From contig NC_042999.1 of the NCBI RefSeq assembly GCF_006345805.1, forward strand, positions 90,148,001-90,212,000: a stretch of 64,000 bases of DNA, given 5' to 3'. Below the pieces are notes generated by a model, which had not been told where the DNA came from, searched no databases, and was given only the letters and a program-made list of their open reading frames with translations. Position numbers and translations under genes: made by a program. Origin of the DNA: Octopus sinensis. Taxonomy: Eukaryota. Of the stretch, positions 13,180 through 25,482 are shown piece by piece. Every line of letters starts with the position of its first letter. The first letter of the stretch is position 1.

Positions 13180-13616
13180 GTGCTGTGTGTGTGTCTTTGT
13201 GCAAAATATACCAATACATCAAATTTTATAGTGAGAGATGATTGTGCAAAACAAGTTGACTTTCCTGAGTTCAATTGCCCTTTGACAGACATTCTTTTTA
13301 TCTTGCATGCTGGCCACAATGATTCTAATTTCAAGTGATATCTTGTGACTAATGAACCTCAATGTACACCATCATACTTTTATCATAAATGTTCTCGGTG
13401 CAATAATTAAGTCTCCTTTACATAAAATACCATCTTCAGCTAACTTATTTTTCAATGACTTAAATGACCATTCAACAACAGAGCAACTACTCTAATTATT
13501 AAAAATCATTTTAATATACCAGATAAAATATTTTAATCAAACAAGTTTTGCTTGATTAAAATAATCCAGATAATAAATGACTGTAAATTTTTGCAGTTAT
13601 TATTATTATTCATGTT

Positions 13617-13957
13617 CATCCGAATGTGGCCGTTGCCAGTGCCGCCCCGACTGGCCTCCGTGACGGTGGCACGTAAAATGCACCATCTGATTGTGGCCGT
13701 TGCCAGCCTCGTCAGGCCCCTGTGCCGGTGGCATGTAAAAAGCACCATCTGATCGTGGCCGCTTGCCAGTCTCGTCTGGCACCTGTGCAGGTGGCATGTA
13801 AAACGCACCCACTACACTCACAGAGTGGTTGGCGTTAGGAAGGGCATCCAGCCGTAGAAACACTGCCAGATCAGACTGGGCCTGGCGCAGCCTTCTGGCT
13901 TCTCAGACCCCAGTTGAACCGTCCAACCCATGCTAGCATGGAAAACGGACGTTAAAC

Positions 13958-13990
<33 letters not shown>
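13617..13990 (+). mobile_element. RTE-related SINE-like repeat with three ~60-bp internal tandem units and (GAT)n tail
   Basis: GTGGCCGTTGCCAG...GGTGGCAYGTAAAA.GCACC units x3, then GGTTGGCGTTAGGAAGGGCATCCAG...AACCCATGCTAGCATGGAAAACGGACGTTAAACGATGATG. Confidence 0.85.
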
Positions 13991-14519
13991 ATGCTTTCTT
14001 ATACAACATTCATTGCTTTTGGATATTTGTGTGGGTTAGTGAAATTTCAATTTGAAATTTTATGAGATTACAAAAGAATGCAATGACCTTGACACATTGT
14101 CTGCCATGTTTCTGCTTAATGATAACACAATGCTCTATTCATATTCAAATTGTAATGATTTTTTTTTGTGAAAATGTGTTTAAAATTTAAGCAGTGTTTC
14201 TGGTCTAGATTTATTATTTCTAAGAAAATTCACCTAGTACCTCACCCTTAACAATTCCTTGTGAGCTCACAAAGACTGTACCACAACCACCACCATTACC
14301 ACTGAGGGGTCACTATCACACAGGTTAAGAGTCACTGTGACAAAGCATCAAACATGTGGTGTTTTAAATCTTTTTACATAAGATAGTCATAATCAAATAG
14401 TCATTAGTTAAAAAGAACAAAACAAATAGATGTTAATTTCAGTTAACCACAAGTGTTTGCTAAAATTCAAATCTTATAATCATGAAACTCACAGGTTTTG
14501 TCAGATGCTAATGTTTTTT

Positions 14520-15620
14520 GAGCATTATTTAAAAAAAAAACTCAGTTCTTAATACTTGCCTAACTGTATCTGCTTCTTTATTCATGATTCTCATTACTGG
14601 CCACCCAGAATATATATCAATAATCAAATTGTTGATACAAGTATTATGCATATGCACTTATATCCATGCAGTCACCAAGGCTTTCCTCTCAATATTTGAA
14701 TATTTTGTTTTGCTTGTGGCTTATGCTCTTGACAAATATTCAGGGTGACTGTGTTGTGAAATCATTTTTAATGTAACCTTTGCACTAGCACCAGTTGTCA
14801 AGGTAACCCTTTTTTTACAACATGGTAAATCAGGATCATTGGCTGTGATATTAACATCAATTCCATATCATCAAATGACTTTTTGTCATGGTATTTGGGC
14901 TCTCCATGATACATTTAAGAAGTGATGCAAGAGGTAATATGCAGTCTGAATAATGATCAATATATCTCCAACAGAAATTGACAAGTCCAAGAAAAGACTC
15001 TAATTGCTTCTTATCCTTCAGTGGTTTTATACCCATAATTCTCACTATTAAGCAGTGATCTGGTGATAAACACTCCATTCTCAGTCATCTATATCTTCCA
15101 AAATTATTATTCATCAGTCTGTAATGCAGACTTAGTCCCATTGATCACCAAACCTAACAATTCCAACCTTTTCATGGTATTTTTTTAAAACCCACCTTAA
15201 CGTATAGATTTCCTACATATTTTGCCCCAATATATACATCAGCTTCATAAATAAAACATTAGCAATCTTATTTCCAACCTTGTTTAATTGCTCTTTGAAA
15301 CCTGGTGCTAGCTGTTTTAGTTCCTTATGGAGTACACACCCATCTTAATAGACCCATTGCAGTATGTTTCTACACTCCTCTTGGGTATGAACTTATATGT
15401 CTTTGTTCATAAGTTTCTTTTAAGTCCCATTTGATAAAATAATTTATTCCAGAGAGAGAGAGAAAGAGAGAGAGAGGGAAAGGGAGAGAGAGGGGGGTAA
15501 GAGAATGAGATATCAATTCCCTATTTGGATTTGAGAATTATTATTAGTTTCCACATATTCTGAGATCTCCATCTAACTTTCACACAACCACTAAAAGAGA
15601 GATTCATTTACAGCTTCCCT
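14520..15620 (-). mobile_element. Ty3/Gypsy pol relic (RT - RNase H - integrase order), internally deleted
   Basis: Minus strand: VVVxKLDGDLRICG (~15570-15610), YFIKWDLK, GLLRWCVL..KTASTRFQRAI, FIYEADVYIG, KQLESFLGLVNF..RYIDHYSD...PLASLL, LTTGAS...YSNIERKAL, IIDIYSGWP. Confidence 0.8.
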
Positions 15621-15953
15621 GTGGAACTCTTTTTTAAAGGTCCTGCATTAATTAGTTTTCTTAGTCTTGTTATGACTAATGGTTTAATGTGTATTGGTAA
15701 TGACCTTGCCTCGAAATAATATTGTAATATATCTTTTGAGAACAGTGTTAATGTTAATCCTAAACAACCTCTTCCCTTGTACTTTTAGCGCATGACTTAA
15801 TATTGAACTATTAACATTTTTTTCACATTCATTCCAAAAACCATTATTTTTTTATACATTCAGTAACATTCCTAATATCTGTTCTATTAACGGTGCATCA
15901 AGTTATTTTACTTTAGTTTAAGGTCATAATTTTTAAACTTTGGTTTATTTAAA

Positions 15954-16474
15954 TGCTGGGTTGAGGAAAAAGTTTGTGTGCTGTGTTAAAATAATGATTT
16001 TTTATGCAGTAATTTGTTCAAAAACAACAATAACTATTTTTCAAAATAAAGACCATCATTTTCTACAACCTTCTGCCAATGATCTGCAAGCTTTCAGATT
16101 TGGTCAAAGTACCAATCCTTTGATTTTGAATCGAAAAATTCTTGATAGGCTTCTTCAACTTCATCAAATGACTCAAATTGGTGACCTTTCATAAAGTGCT
16201 GCATTGATCAGAAGAGACCATAATCAGATGGGGCAATGTCTGGACTATAGGCTGGATGCAGCAGAACTTCTGCACCATCCAATTCTTTAATCTTGTTGCT
16301 GGTCTTTCTGGCGATATGCAGCTTTGCATTGTCTTGAAACAAAGTGTGTTTTTGACAAACAAGTCTTGGGTACTTTTCAACCAGTGCATCGTAGACTCGA
16401 TTAAATAAGTTCAGTATTGATGGTACAACCATTCGGCACAAGTTTGGCGCATGAACTTTTTCCTCAACCTAATA
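15954..16474 (-). mobile_element. Internally deleted mariner retaining the transposase C-terminal catalytic part
   Basis: 28-nt terminal inverted repeats (15954-15981 / 16447-16474, 6 transitions); FQDNAKLH...HPAYSPDIAPSDYGLF. Confidence 0.88.
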
Positions 16475-18617
16475 TATCCAGAAATTCTAAAACATTATAG
16501 TTATCAAACCATCAGTATCAATTTGCATTTTAATATTAACTTCATTGACTTTTAGATTGGTCATTAATTTCTTTAGATTAATTTCATAAATACTTGTAGA
16601 ATTTTCATTTTCGTTAGCCATTTTTGTAATTACTTACTCTCTTAAAGTGTTCTTTTTTTCTACATTTAGAACACAATTTGCCAAATACAATTTTATGGCA
16701 CAAGTTTTTATGTACCAATACCACATGTAGAATCAAATTTATACTTGACTCAGTGGTGTCATCAGGATCACCCTTGCTTTCCAGTTTTTGTTTATTCCAG
16801 CCATTTGAAACTTAGAAATCATTTTAAGCTTTTGAATGCATTTAATGCATGCATTATACTTCAGATCACCCACCTGGTTGAGGATGTTATGTCTTTTTAT
16901 ACAATACTCAGATGATTTCATGACATCTATGAATCTCATTTGAATTATATCATCATCTACATTTTATCCTTTGAATCCAAATTTTTGAAAGCCACAAAAA
17001 CAAGCTGACTCACATAGTCTCTGAGAATAACTTTAAATCAAGTCAATCAGATGTTGATGTGATAAAAATATTATACTTTCAGTACTACTAATTATTTCAG
17101 AGATGAACTGATGATAGTATCATAGGTGTAACACTGCCAAAATTTATTTCTTCAATTTCCATTACAGAAGCTTTGTGTATGGTCATCATACTTGCTTTTA
17201 ATAAAAAAAAATCTCATTTGCTTATTGACAATAGTGTCCAAAAGTTTTTTCTTTTCATTCTTGCTGTAGTAGCAAAGTATCACAGCCAAGTGTCTCTCAT
17301 ATCTGAGTCACATAATGGAAGTCTGTTGCTTCACTGGTGACACCATTGCTGTGCCAGATAGACTCAGTTTATCCAGTTAAAGCTGTATTCACATGGGATC
17401 CCTTACATTCAGAAGTTTTGCTCAGTTGAATAGCCAAACTCTCTGACACTGAGTTGTTAGCTACTTTAAAAAGTCTATATCACATGTAAGCAACTAGTAG
17501 AACTTTACAATAATATTAGCAAAATAATCATATTGTATCTCCTAGAAGTGAATTGCTTTATTTTCAAGAATTGTGTCTAATATTATTTATAATGTTTGCT
17601 CCTGTATCAGTTTTGAAATCACAATAAGTGACAAGTCACCCTCTGAATTGAATGCAATAAGTTAATAACATATAACATTTCCTAACAGAAGGTGGACTAA
17701 GGCATCATAGAATAAAGTGTTTTGGACAGAAACACTAAAATATCAATCCATTGGTTTTGTCTGTTAAATAAGATATGTGCTCAAATCTCAGTTAACCAAA
17801 CATCAGTTATTTGAATGTCAGATTGTCCAAACAAAATTTCAATATCCTGTGATTATTTAATTAACCAAACTGTATATAAATCAAACTTGAGAAAACACTG
17901 GTACTACAACTTCAGCTTTTATTTACAATTATTAAATATGAATTCCAAGAACATGTAAAAATGTTATACCAAAAAGTGTTACCTATACTGATGTGATAAT
18001 TGCATCTTTTGTTTATAGTCACCAAAAGTACCATATGTCTCAATCTGTCCACTAGTTTGGTCTCAGTATGTTAATTTAACACTTTAGCATTTAAATTGGC
18101 CTTATTTGCCAAAATATCCTACTTGTTTTATGTCCAAATCAGCAAGATCTCGCCTCTTATACCTATTCTATAATATCATCCTTCATATAAACAATTACAT
18201 CATTGAAATCTCATAGCTGTGAGATAACACATGATTAACTGAAAACAATGCCAGTAGATAAGCATTGCATTTGACACAGTAATCTGAAGCTAAAGGGTTA
18301 AACAATGTTAAAATGATTTATCTTATGTATGTTACAAGTATTTGTGTTTGTTGGTGATACCATACCTGTGAAGAGAAAGTGAACATTATTGACAACTGAA
18401 AACAGAAAAGTGAAATTTTATGAGGGTTTTTTATTGTGGTGAAAAAACATCAAAGGTTTCATGATTGTACAATGTTTTATTGATTATTGATTGAATGACA
18501 TAAAAACTCTGTAAAAGCTCTACTAATCTTACAAACAAATAGTCCAGTACCTTCTTTAAAAAGGCTTTGAGTAATTAATTATTTTCAGTATGGCTTCTTT
18601 TGTTTATGATTAGATTA

Positions 18618-18835
18618 GTTAACCAAACATCATCATTATCATTATCAATATCATCATCATTATTTTTATGTCCACTTTTCCATGCTTGCATGGGTCAGAG
18701 AGAATTTGTTGAGGTGGATTTTCTATAGCTGGATGCCCTTCCTGTTGCTGACCCTCACCTGTTTCCAAGTAAGGTAATATTCCCTGTGGCCAGACATAGT
18801 TTTTGTAGAAGATTGGAATTGAAGGACACTGCTTG
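18618..18835 (-). mobile_element. RTE-related SINE-like repeat (degraded)
   Basis: (CAT)n tail, then TTTCCATGCTTGCATGGG...GGATGCCCTTCC, same family as 13617-13990. Confidence 0.7.
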
Positions 18836-18932
18836 CATGACAGCAATGTTCATGACATCACATGACATCAAATCAAAGAAAATAGACTCACACACACACA
18901 CACACACACGAACATACACACAAACACACACA

Positions 18933-18992
<60 letters not shown>

Positions 18993-19004
18993 TATACATA
19001 TATA

Positions 19005-19170
19005 TGATGGGCTTCTTTCAGTTTCTGCCTTCCAAAATCTGCTCACAAAGTTTTGATTGGACCAGGGCTATAGTAGAAGACACTTGCCCAAGGTGCTATG
19101 CAATGAGACTGAACTTGAATCTGTGGTTGGGAAGTGAACTTCTTACCACACTGTCATGATTGTGCCTATA
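19005..19170 (-). mobile_element. tRNA-derived SINE with CCTTGGGCAAGT core
   Basis: GGGCTTCTTTCAGTTTC...AGAAGACACTTGCCCAAGGTGC next to a (CA)n tract; other copies at about 40160, 42445, 49790, 51510 and 60530. Confidence 0.75.
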
Positions 19171-20296
19171 TCCCTAAATAATTTGAACAAAATATTTGCT
19201 CTCTGCTTTGCTCAGAAAATTGAAGTCTAATTGTAAGTAGATTTAAAGATTAGATTAATGTTATAGACATAGCAGGCTTTTTAATGTTAGGTAATCCAGT
19301 AACCATGTTAAGACATCTTCATATAATTTAAAGAAAAGGTATGCTGAGGTAGTTTTTTTTTTTTGCCTTTACTATACCCATAAATGATAAAGGTTCCAAA
19401 TCTTAAGTTAACACTTGTCAGTTATTTACTGACAATAGTATCTGCTGTCGTGGGTTGTGTTAGTCCCCTAGTATCATCAATTTGCAGCTGTGAACTATTC
19501 TATTCTGGATAAATTGCCATTGGTAACAGAGCAGCTTAATTTCTGGTTGGTAACAGACAGTGGCACTATATTGACATTTACCATAATATTTGAAATATAT
19601 ATATTTATAAAAGAGAATGTAATTGCTATAATAGCTGTTATTTTGTTGACACCAAAGCATTGCTAACTTCCTTAAACCGTGTATTTTTTCCCTCGCTTTG
19701 TAATTGTGCTTGGCTAATTAAAGAAGAACTTACCGTTATAATGAGGAACATCAGATTATAAAATTAATACTTATTCCTATTAATGTTGCTACACATGACT
19801 GTGTGACAAGTTTGTTAGAACAATACTTGTGAAAATTTGGGTTTCACAGAAGATAAAAGAGAATAATCTAGTTCACATACACTTATTTGCTCTTTCAGCA
19901 GAACCCTCTTAAAACAGAAAATTTCAACAATCAGTTCTAATTGTTCTCCTAAGTCTCAACATTCAGTGAGCAACATTGATCAAACAAATATAAGTATTGA
20001 ATTGTTGTGTAACCACAGGTCAGTCTTGATCAACCACATCTATAACATGTAGCTGTCAATCAAATGATCAAGGAATGATCCATAGATCTATAGCTCCAGA
20101 TATAACATACCTCTGGCTGGTTGAGAACCACACTACATATTTAGACATTTGTTGGTTTATTGTAGATGATGCAGTGTGCCAATTAAGTCATGTAGTATTC
20201 TTCATTATCCAGTTTATCTCTGACTATCTGGGCAAGGTGAACTTACTCTGTGACAGCTGTTGTTCTTCTGAATTTATTATTAGTGCTGCATGTTAA

Positions 20297-20515
20297 GGTG
20301 GTAAGCTGGCAGAATTATTGGCACATCGGCACATCAGACAAAATGCCTAATTGCATTTCTTTTGGCTGTATGTTCTGAGTTCAAATTTCACTGTAGTCAA
20401 CTTTGCTTTCCATTCTTTCAGGACCATTAAAATAAGTACCAGTTGAACACTGGGGTTGATGTAATTGACTAGCCCTCTCCCACAAAACTTCAGGCATTGT
20501 GCCTATAGAATTATT
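20297..20515 (+). mobile_element. tRNA-derived SINE with Nin/Deu-like core
   Basis: A-box-like TGGCAGAAT, B-box-like GAGTTCAAATT, core GTCAACTTTGCTTTCCATTCTTTCAGG...AAAATAAGTACCAG; other copies at about 21660, 42160, 48400 and 50910 (minus strand). Confidence 0.7.
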
Positions 20516-22033
20516 AGTGATGCGTGTCCTAGCACTATGTTTGGGGCTAATGACAGTCTGTACTGAGTGCTTCTTAGGTTAATATTTAGTAATGCTCTGG
20601 GTGTTGTCATTGTGTCTATTTGTTTGAGGATGATTGTTCATATAGTGTCCAGGACTTTCAGGGTTTGGGCTTGTTGCAGTTATAAATTGTGACCCTTACA
20701 TGTTTTTTTTTTCAGTAATTTTGCTGCCAGTGTTTAATCATTGATCAAAGACTTCCAGCCATGACTATTTCATTTTTTTTTATGTGTGTCCCAGCACTAT
20801 GTTTGGGACTACAACTACATTTTCCAATGTAGTCTTCCATTTTTAAGATAGCAGTATGTGATCTGAGCCTGTTGTTTCTAGTAGGTCTGGTAACCATGTA
20901 GAAGTTCCTTTGTTAGCTTATAAGCTTTTTCCTTGTTTCATTGTGCAGATGGTCTTTAGGATCAAAGGCCTTTCAGTTATGACCATCCCATCTTGTGATT
21001 TGTAGAGTGTATTGTCATTTGTAGAGTGTACTGTTATTTTTACCAGATTATGTGGTCATATAAAGACTTCCATAGCTAGTCCTCCACTTCCAAGGTGGTG
21101 TTGGGTGAGTGGTTGCTATTCTTTAGGTCATGTTAACTCTTTTGATAATGAAGAAGCTTTATGGAGGAAAACAAAAAAAAAATGAAAATAACCTCCCCCT
21201 CTGAAAAATGAAAAAAATTGATACATTGTTATAAGGGTAAGGTACTAGATTACTGCCCAATTAGGATTAAGTTCAAATCTCACTACAGCTATTGCATTTT
21301 GCAAACACATACTATTACAACTGTAGATAATGCCAGTTTGTCAGTTATACATGCTAATGAGGGAGACTATATAGTTGCTTGTCTTGCTAGAAATGACAAC
21401 TAAATTTTCCTCAAAGTACATTACTTTTTTAAAAAGGAAAATCTCATCAATGTAGTCTTTGATATACAATGTCTAAAAAAGATCAAAACATAAGGATGGT
21501 CATGATTGGAATGTCTTTGATTATAAGTTTATCTTCTATAACAAGACTGCTTTGGGGCTAAGCTACAAATGCATGTACCTTGTTTATTTCAAGATTGAGG
21601 GCCTAGCAGTAGAAAGGATATTCATATATAAAAAACAATTGCACTTATACACAAAATATTGATTCCAAATTTTGGCACGAGGCCAGCAATTTCAGGGATG
21701 GGGGCAGGTCAATTATATTGACCCCTGTGTTCAAGTGGTACTTATTTTATCGACCTTCCCGCCAAAAGGATGAAAGACAAAATGAACCTTGGCGGAATTT
21801 GAACAAAAATGGACAAAATGTTGCTAAGCATTTTGCCTGGCAGGCTCCTGATCCTGCCAGCTCACTTCTTTTCCCATAAAATATTAAAATAATAATCCAG
21901 CTATGCTACTATAAGAATATGTGATGTAAGAAAATTAAACAAATATTTCTCTTCTTATCTAATTGTTGTTATGTGAACCTTTGTGAAAGATGTTTTTTAG
22001 TCAAAATATTGTTTATCTTCTTTTTCATACCAG

Positions 22034-22196
22034 GTTCACCAAGAATCTATCACCTGACAAAATCAGTTTGAGTGCTCTGCGAGGTGAAGGAGAACTTGCT
22101 AATTTAGAGCTAGATGAGACTGTGTTGATGGATATCCTTGAACTTCCTACCTGGCTCAAATTGTCCAAAGCTATTTGTAACAGGGTGGCCATAAAG
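22034..22196 (+). CDS. BLTP3B: BLTP3 (UHRF1BP1L/SHIP164-like) coding exon 2, chorein-N region
   Basis: cag|G...AAG|gtgagt; encodes (R)FTKNLSPDKISLSALRGEGELANLELDETVLMDILELPTWLKLSKAICNRVAIK, which matches the recalled UHRF1BP1L N-terminus (RFTKNLSPDKINLSTLKGEGELKNLELDEEVLQNMLDLPTWL). 163 nt, phase 2->0. The symbol is the nearest vertebrate name; A versus B cannot be resolved here. Confidence 0.95.
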
Positions 22197-23029
22197 GTGA
22201 GTCATTTTCATAGATTTTAAAAAAATATTTGACCTGATTCAGTCATTAGACTACAGCTTTATTGGGACACTACTCTGGAGAGTTTCATTGGTCAAATGGA
22301 CTCCTGTACTTATTTTATTGGTCACTTTTTGCAAAACTACTAAGTTATGGGAGACATAAGCAAACCAATGCAGGTTGTCAAGGGGTTAGTGATAAACACA
22401 AAGATGCATATATGAACACACACACACACACATATGCACACTAAAGCATACACTCACATGTGATAGGCTTCCACTCCTTTTCCATCTTCCAAATTTACTC
22501 ACATGGCACTGGTCAGCCCAGGGCTATAGTAAAAGATAGTGTGCAAGTTGCCATTCATTCATTGATCCCCACCTTACACGCCACTCTGTTGTTCACTCAT
22601 TGACTCGCTACCACCACCACCACCACCACCTTACTCTTCACACTGTTGTGTCATTCATTCATTGCCTTTCCTTAACTTTATACACCACTCTTGTATTATT
22701 CATTCTTACCCTGTCCACAGCCTTCCCAATTCTGATGTGTTTTTCATTCTTTGTTTCCTCACATTACACATCTTTCTGTCATGTTGTCTATCCATTACCA
22801 TATCTTATATTCTATGCCACCCTTTCTTGAATGTAGTCCTGTTGTCCCACTTATATTTTTCATTTATGGTAGGTATATCATGCTATCTGGTTCAACCAGT
22901 AGCTGACCTATTAGTGTCTTTAGTTTTTTCAGTATCTGTTACTTGTATTCAGGCCAAGCATTACTTTGATCTGCTGGTGCATTAACATCCCATATACTTC
23001 CTTAGTTGTCAAAAATTAAACCCACTGAC

Positions 23030-23700
23030 AATTCTGCCTTCATTTTTCTAACATTTAGAAGCCCCATTCCAACCTAGATGCCATACTTCTCCTATTACCA
23101 GCATTCAAATCTTTCATCTGAATTCTCTGCGAGACACAAATCTCAGAATCTCTCTCCACAATTCATCTCTGCTATCCAGGCTACAATCTACAATTAAATT
23201 CCACTTTGAAGGTGGTATGTGCCTCTGTGTAGATTCCACCCTCATTGTAACTCATCTCTCTACCTAGGTATCAATAACAAAGCCTTCTAGTTTTCTGGTT
23301 CAAAGTCTCCCTCATTCACTTCTCTCAATACATCTGCTTCCTTACCACTCTCTGAACTTTTCCAACTACCAACAATTTATCGATCATATTTCTTTCTGTA
23401 TCAAACACATCTATCTCATTCAGTCTTCTCTAAAGTTATTGGTGTCTCTGACTTCAGATTCTCTTCTCAGCTTTCACACTTATACTACACTGATGCTGTT
23501 AATGTAGAAACCAAATCTTTTGCTGTCTTCTGCTCTCTACATCATAGTCTGAAATACTTAGAGAAAATTATCCGCACCTGCAAACTAGACAGCTCTTATT
23601 CAGTATTGCAATTCCTGCAAAACCATCATCTAAACTATGACTCATGCCTCCATGCATTGCACAGCTCTAAATCAACCTCCCAAATTGCAACCAATCCTTT
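23030..23700 (+). mobile_element. Degraded LINE relic with APE-endonuclease-like 5' part
   Basis: SNI.., L(C)ETQIS and YPGYNL...GGMCL motifs with stops. Confidence 0.4.
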
Positions 23701-23873
23701 TGCTCACTTCCTGTGATGATTCTGCAAACAACCCATCAAATAATGAATCAAAGTTGCTAAGATTTTAATGAAAAATAATATAAGACAATACTAGACTACC
23801 CATGACTTGTTGGGTCACTGATAGTTCAGATTATAAAACATTGAAGCTGATTTCCACATTGATTATTTTACAG

Positions 23874-25482
23874 CAGGGGTCACCAAACTTTTTTCATAGT
23901 GGGCCAGATATAGCTAAAAGAATACCAAGCGCGGGCCAGATAAATAGTTTGTTTAATTCACTGCAATATAGAATACACTGAATGTACACAAAAAATGAAG
24001 ACAGTCATCCTATTTATTTATCAATACATAAAATACACAAAATAATAAAAACAATAAACCTATTTTACTTTGTTCGATGTATTGGCTTCACACACTTCAT
24101 TTTTGAAAAAGTTTACTCACAAACATAAATTGTTTCAAAAACTGATGCCATACCTGAGGCAAACTTTTTCAATTTTGAAAACTCATCAGCTGGCAAGCAG
24201 TGAATAAAATTCAATGAGTTTTCCTTCTCTGTGCTTCTCTTTCAACAAGGTATTAGCTTGCAAGTCAATAAGTTCTAGTTGTAGTTCAGTTGGCATGTTA
24301 TCAAGATAACAGCCAAAGGGATTCTCAAACAAAAGAATTTCATTCTCAATTCTGTCAAGATCTGAAAATCTTTGAGAAAAATGCTTAAAGTCCTGAATAA
24401 TTTTTTTCTGAAACTCAAGGTTAACATGTTCCACATTTTCTGTGCAAAACTCTTGAAAACACTGAAAATGAGAGAAGTTTCCTCCTTCAAGTTGTGCTTC
24501 AAACAATGACAGCTTTCTCAAAAATGCTGTAATAATTCTGTAGAGATCACAGACAAGGTTATTCTTTCCTTGCAGTTTTAAATTCAATTAATTCATATGA
24601 GAAGTGATGGCAACTAAAAATGACAACTTTGATAACCGAGAAGGATCTGACAACTGTGAATCAGCTCTATTCTTTTCGGCGAGAAAAAAATCTATTTCTC
24701 TTTGGAGCTTATAAAAACGAAACAGGACTTTACTGCAACTGAGACATGTTACTTCTGTGTAGTCAGGCAAGTCACAGAAATTAGAATACATTTTTTCAAA
24801 TAAAGCCTGGGATTGTTGGTGATTAAACCAATGTTTTTCTGAATATAGTTCACCACAGTTGTAACCGGTTTTAGTATTCAAGAAATATCTAAGTGTTTTC
24901 CACAGAGTGCTTGCTGATGTATAATGAAGTGTATAAACAGAGCTCTCAGAAGTTGAAGCTCCTCCAACTTGGTCTGAATCCACCCTACCAAACCCTTCCT
25001 CACTCCTGCCATGTTTTTTTCCTCCATCGACTGTAACACACTGAAGCTGATTCCACTGAAGGTTATAGTTTTGCAAAGTTTTCTGCACCTCTATGATAAT
25101 ATCTTCTCCAGTTGTTGTTCCATGTATATTGCAAACGGATGCCATTTCTTCTATAATCTCAAAGTTGCAATTAACACCACGAATGAACACAAGAGGTTGT
25201 GCCGTACTAGAGAGATCACTAGACTCATCCATTGCAAGAGAATACCACAAAAATTTCTTAACTTTCTCATGTATCTGTAACTGTATATTCCCTGTATATT
25301 ATGGCACGTAAAATATATAGCGCATGACGAGACTGACTCAGTATACATATGACATGCGTAATCTAAGAAGTGTAAGAAGCAGTATAAAAGCATGTTTATT
25401 TATTTCAGCATATGACGGCAGGCTGGACAAATTGACATCGCGGGCTGGATCCAGCCTGTGGGCTATTGTTTGGTGACCCATG
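23874..25482 (-). mobile_element. hAT (Charlie/SPIN/GTF2IRD2-like) DNA transposon, internally deleted
   Basis: TIRs CAGGGGTCACCAAAC / GTTTGGTGACCCATG; 8-bp target duplication TTTTACAG / ATTTACAG (7 of 8); WYSLAMDESSDLSSTAQ...HGTTTGEDI...VTVDG, NLKLQGK, LFENPF, LQLELIDLQ. Confidence 0.93.

Noticed and set aside
13617-13810. CRISPR-like spaced repeats
   Set aside because: Contiguous ~60-bp tandem units without unique spacers, inside a eukaryotic retroposon.
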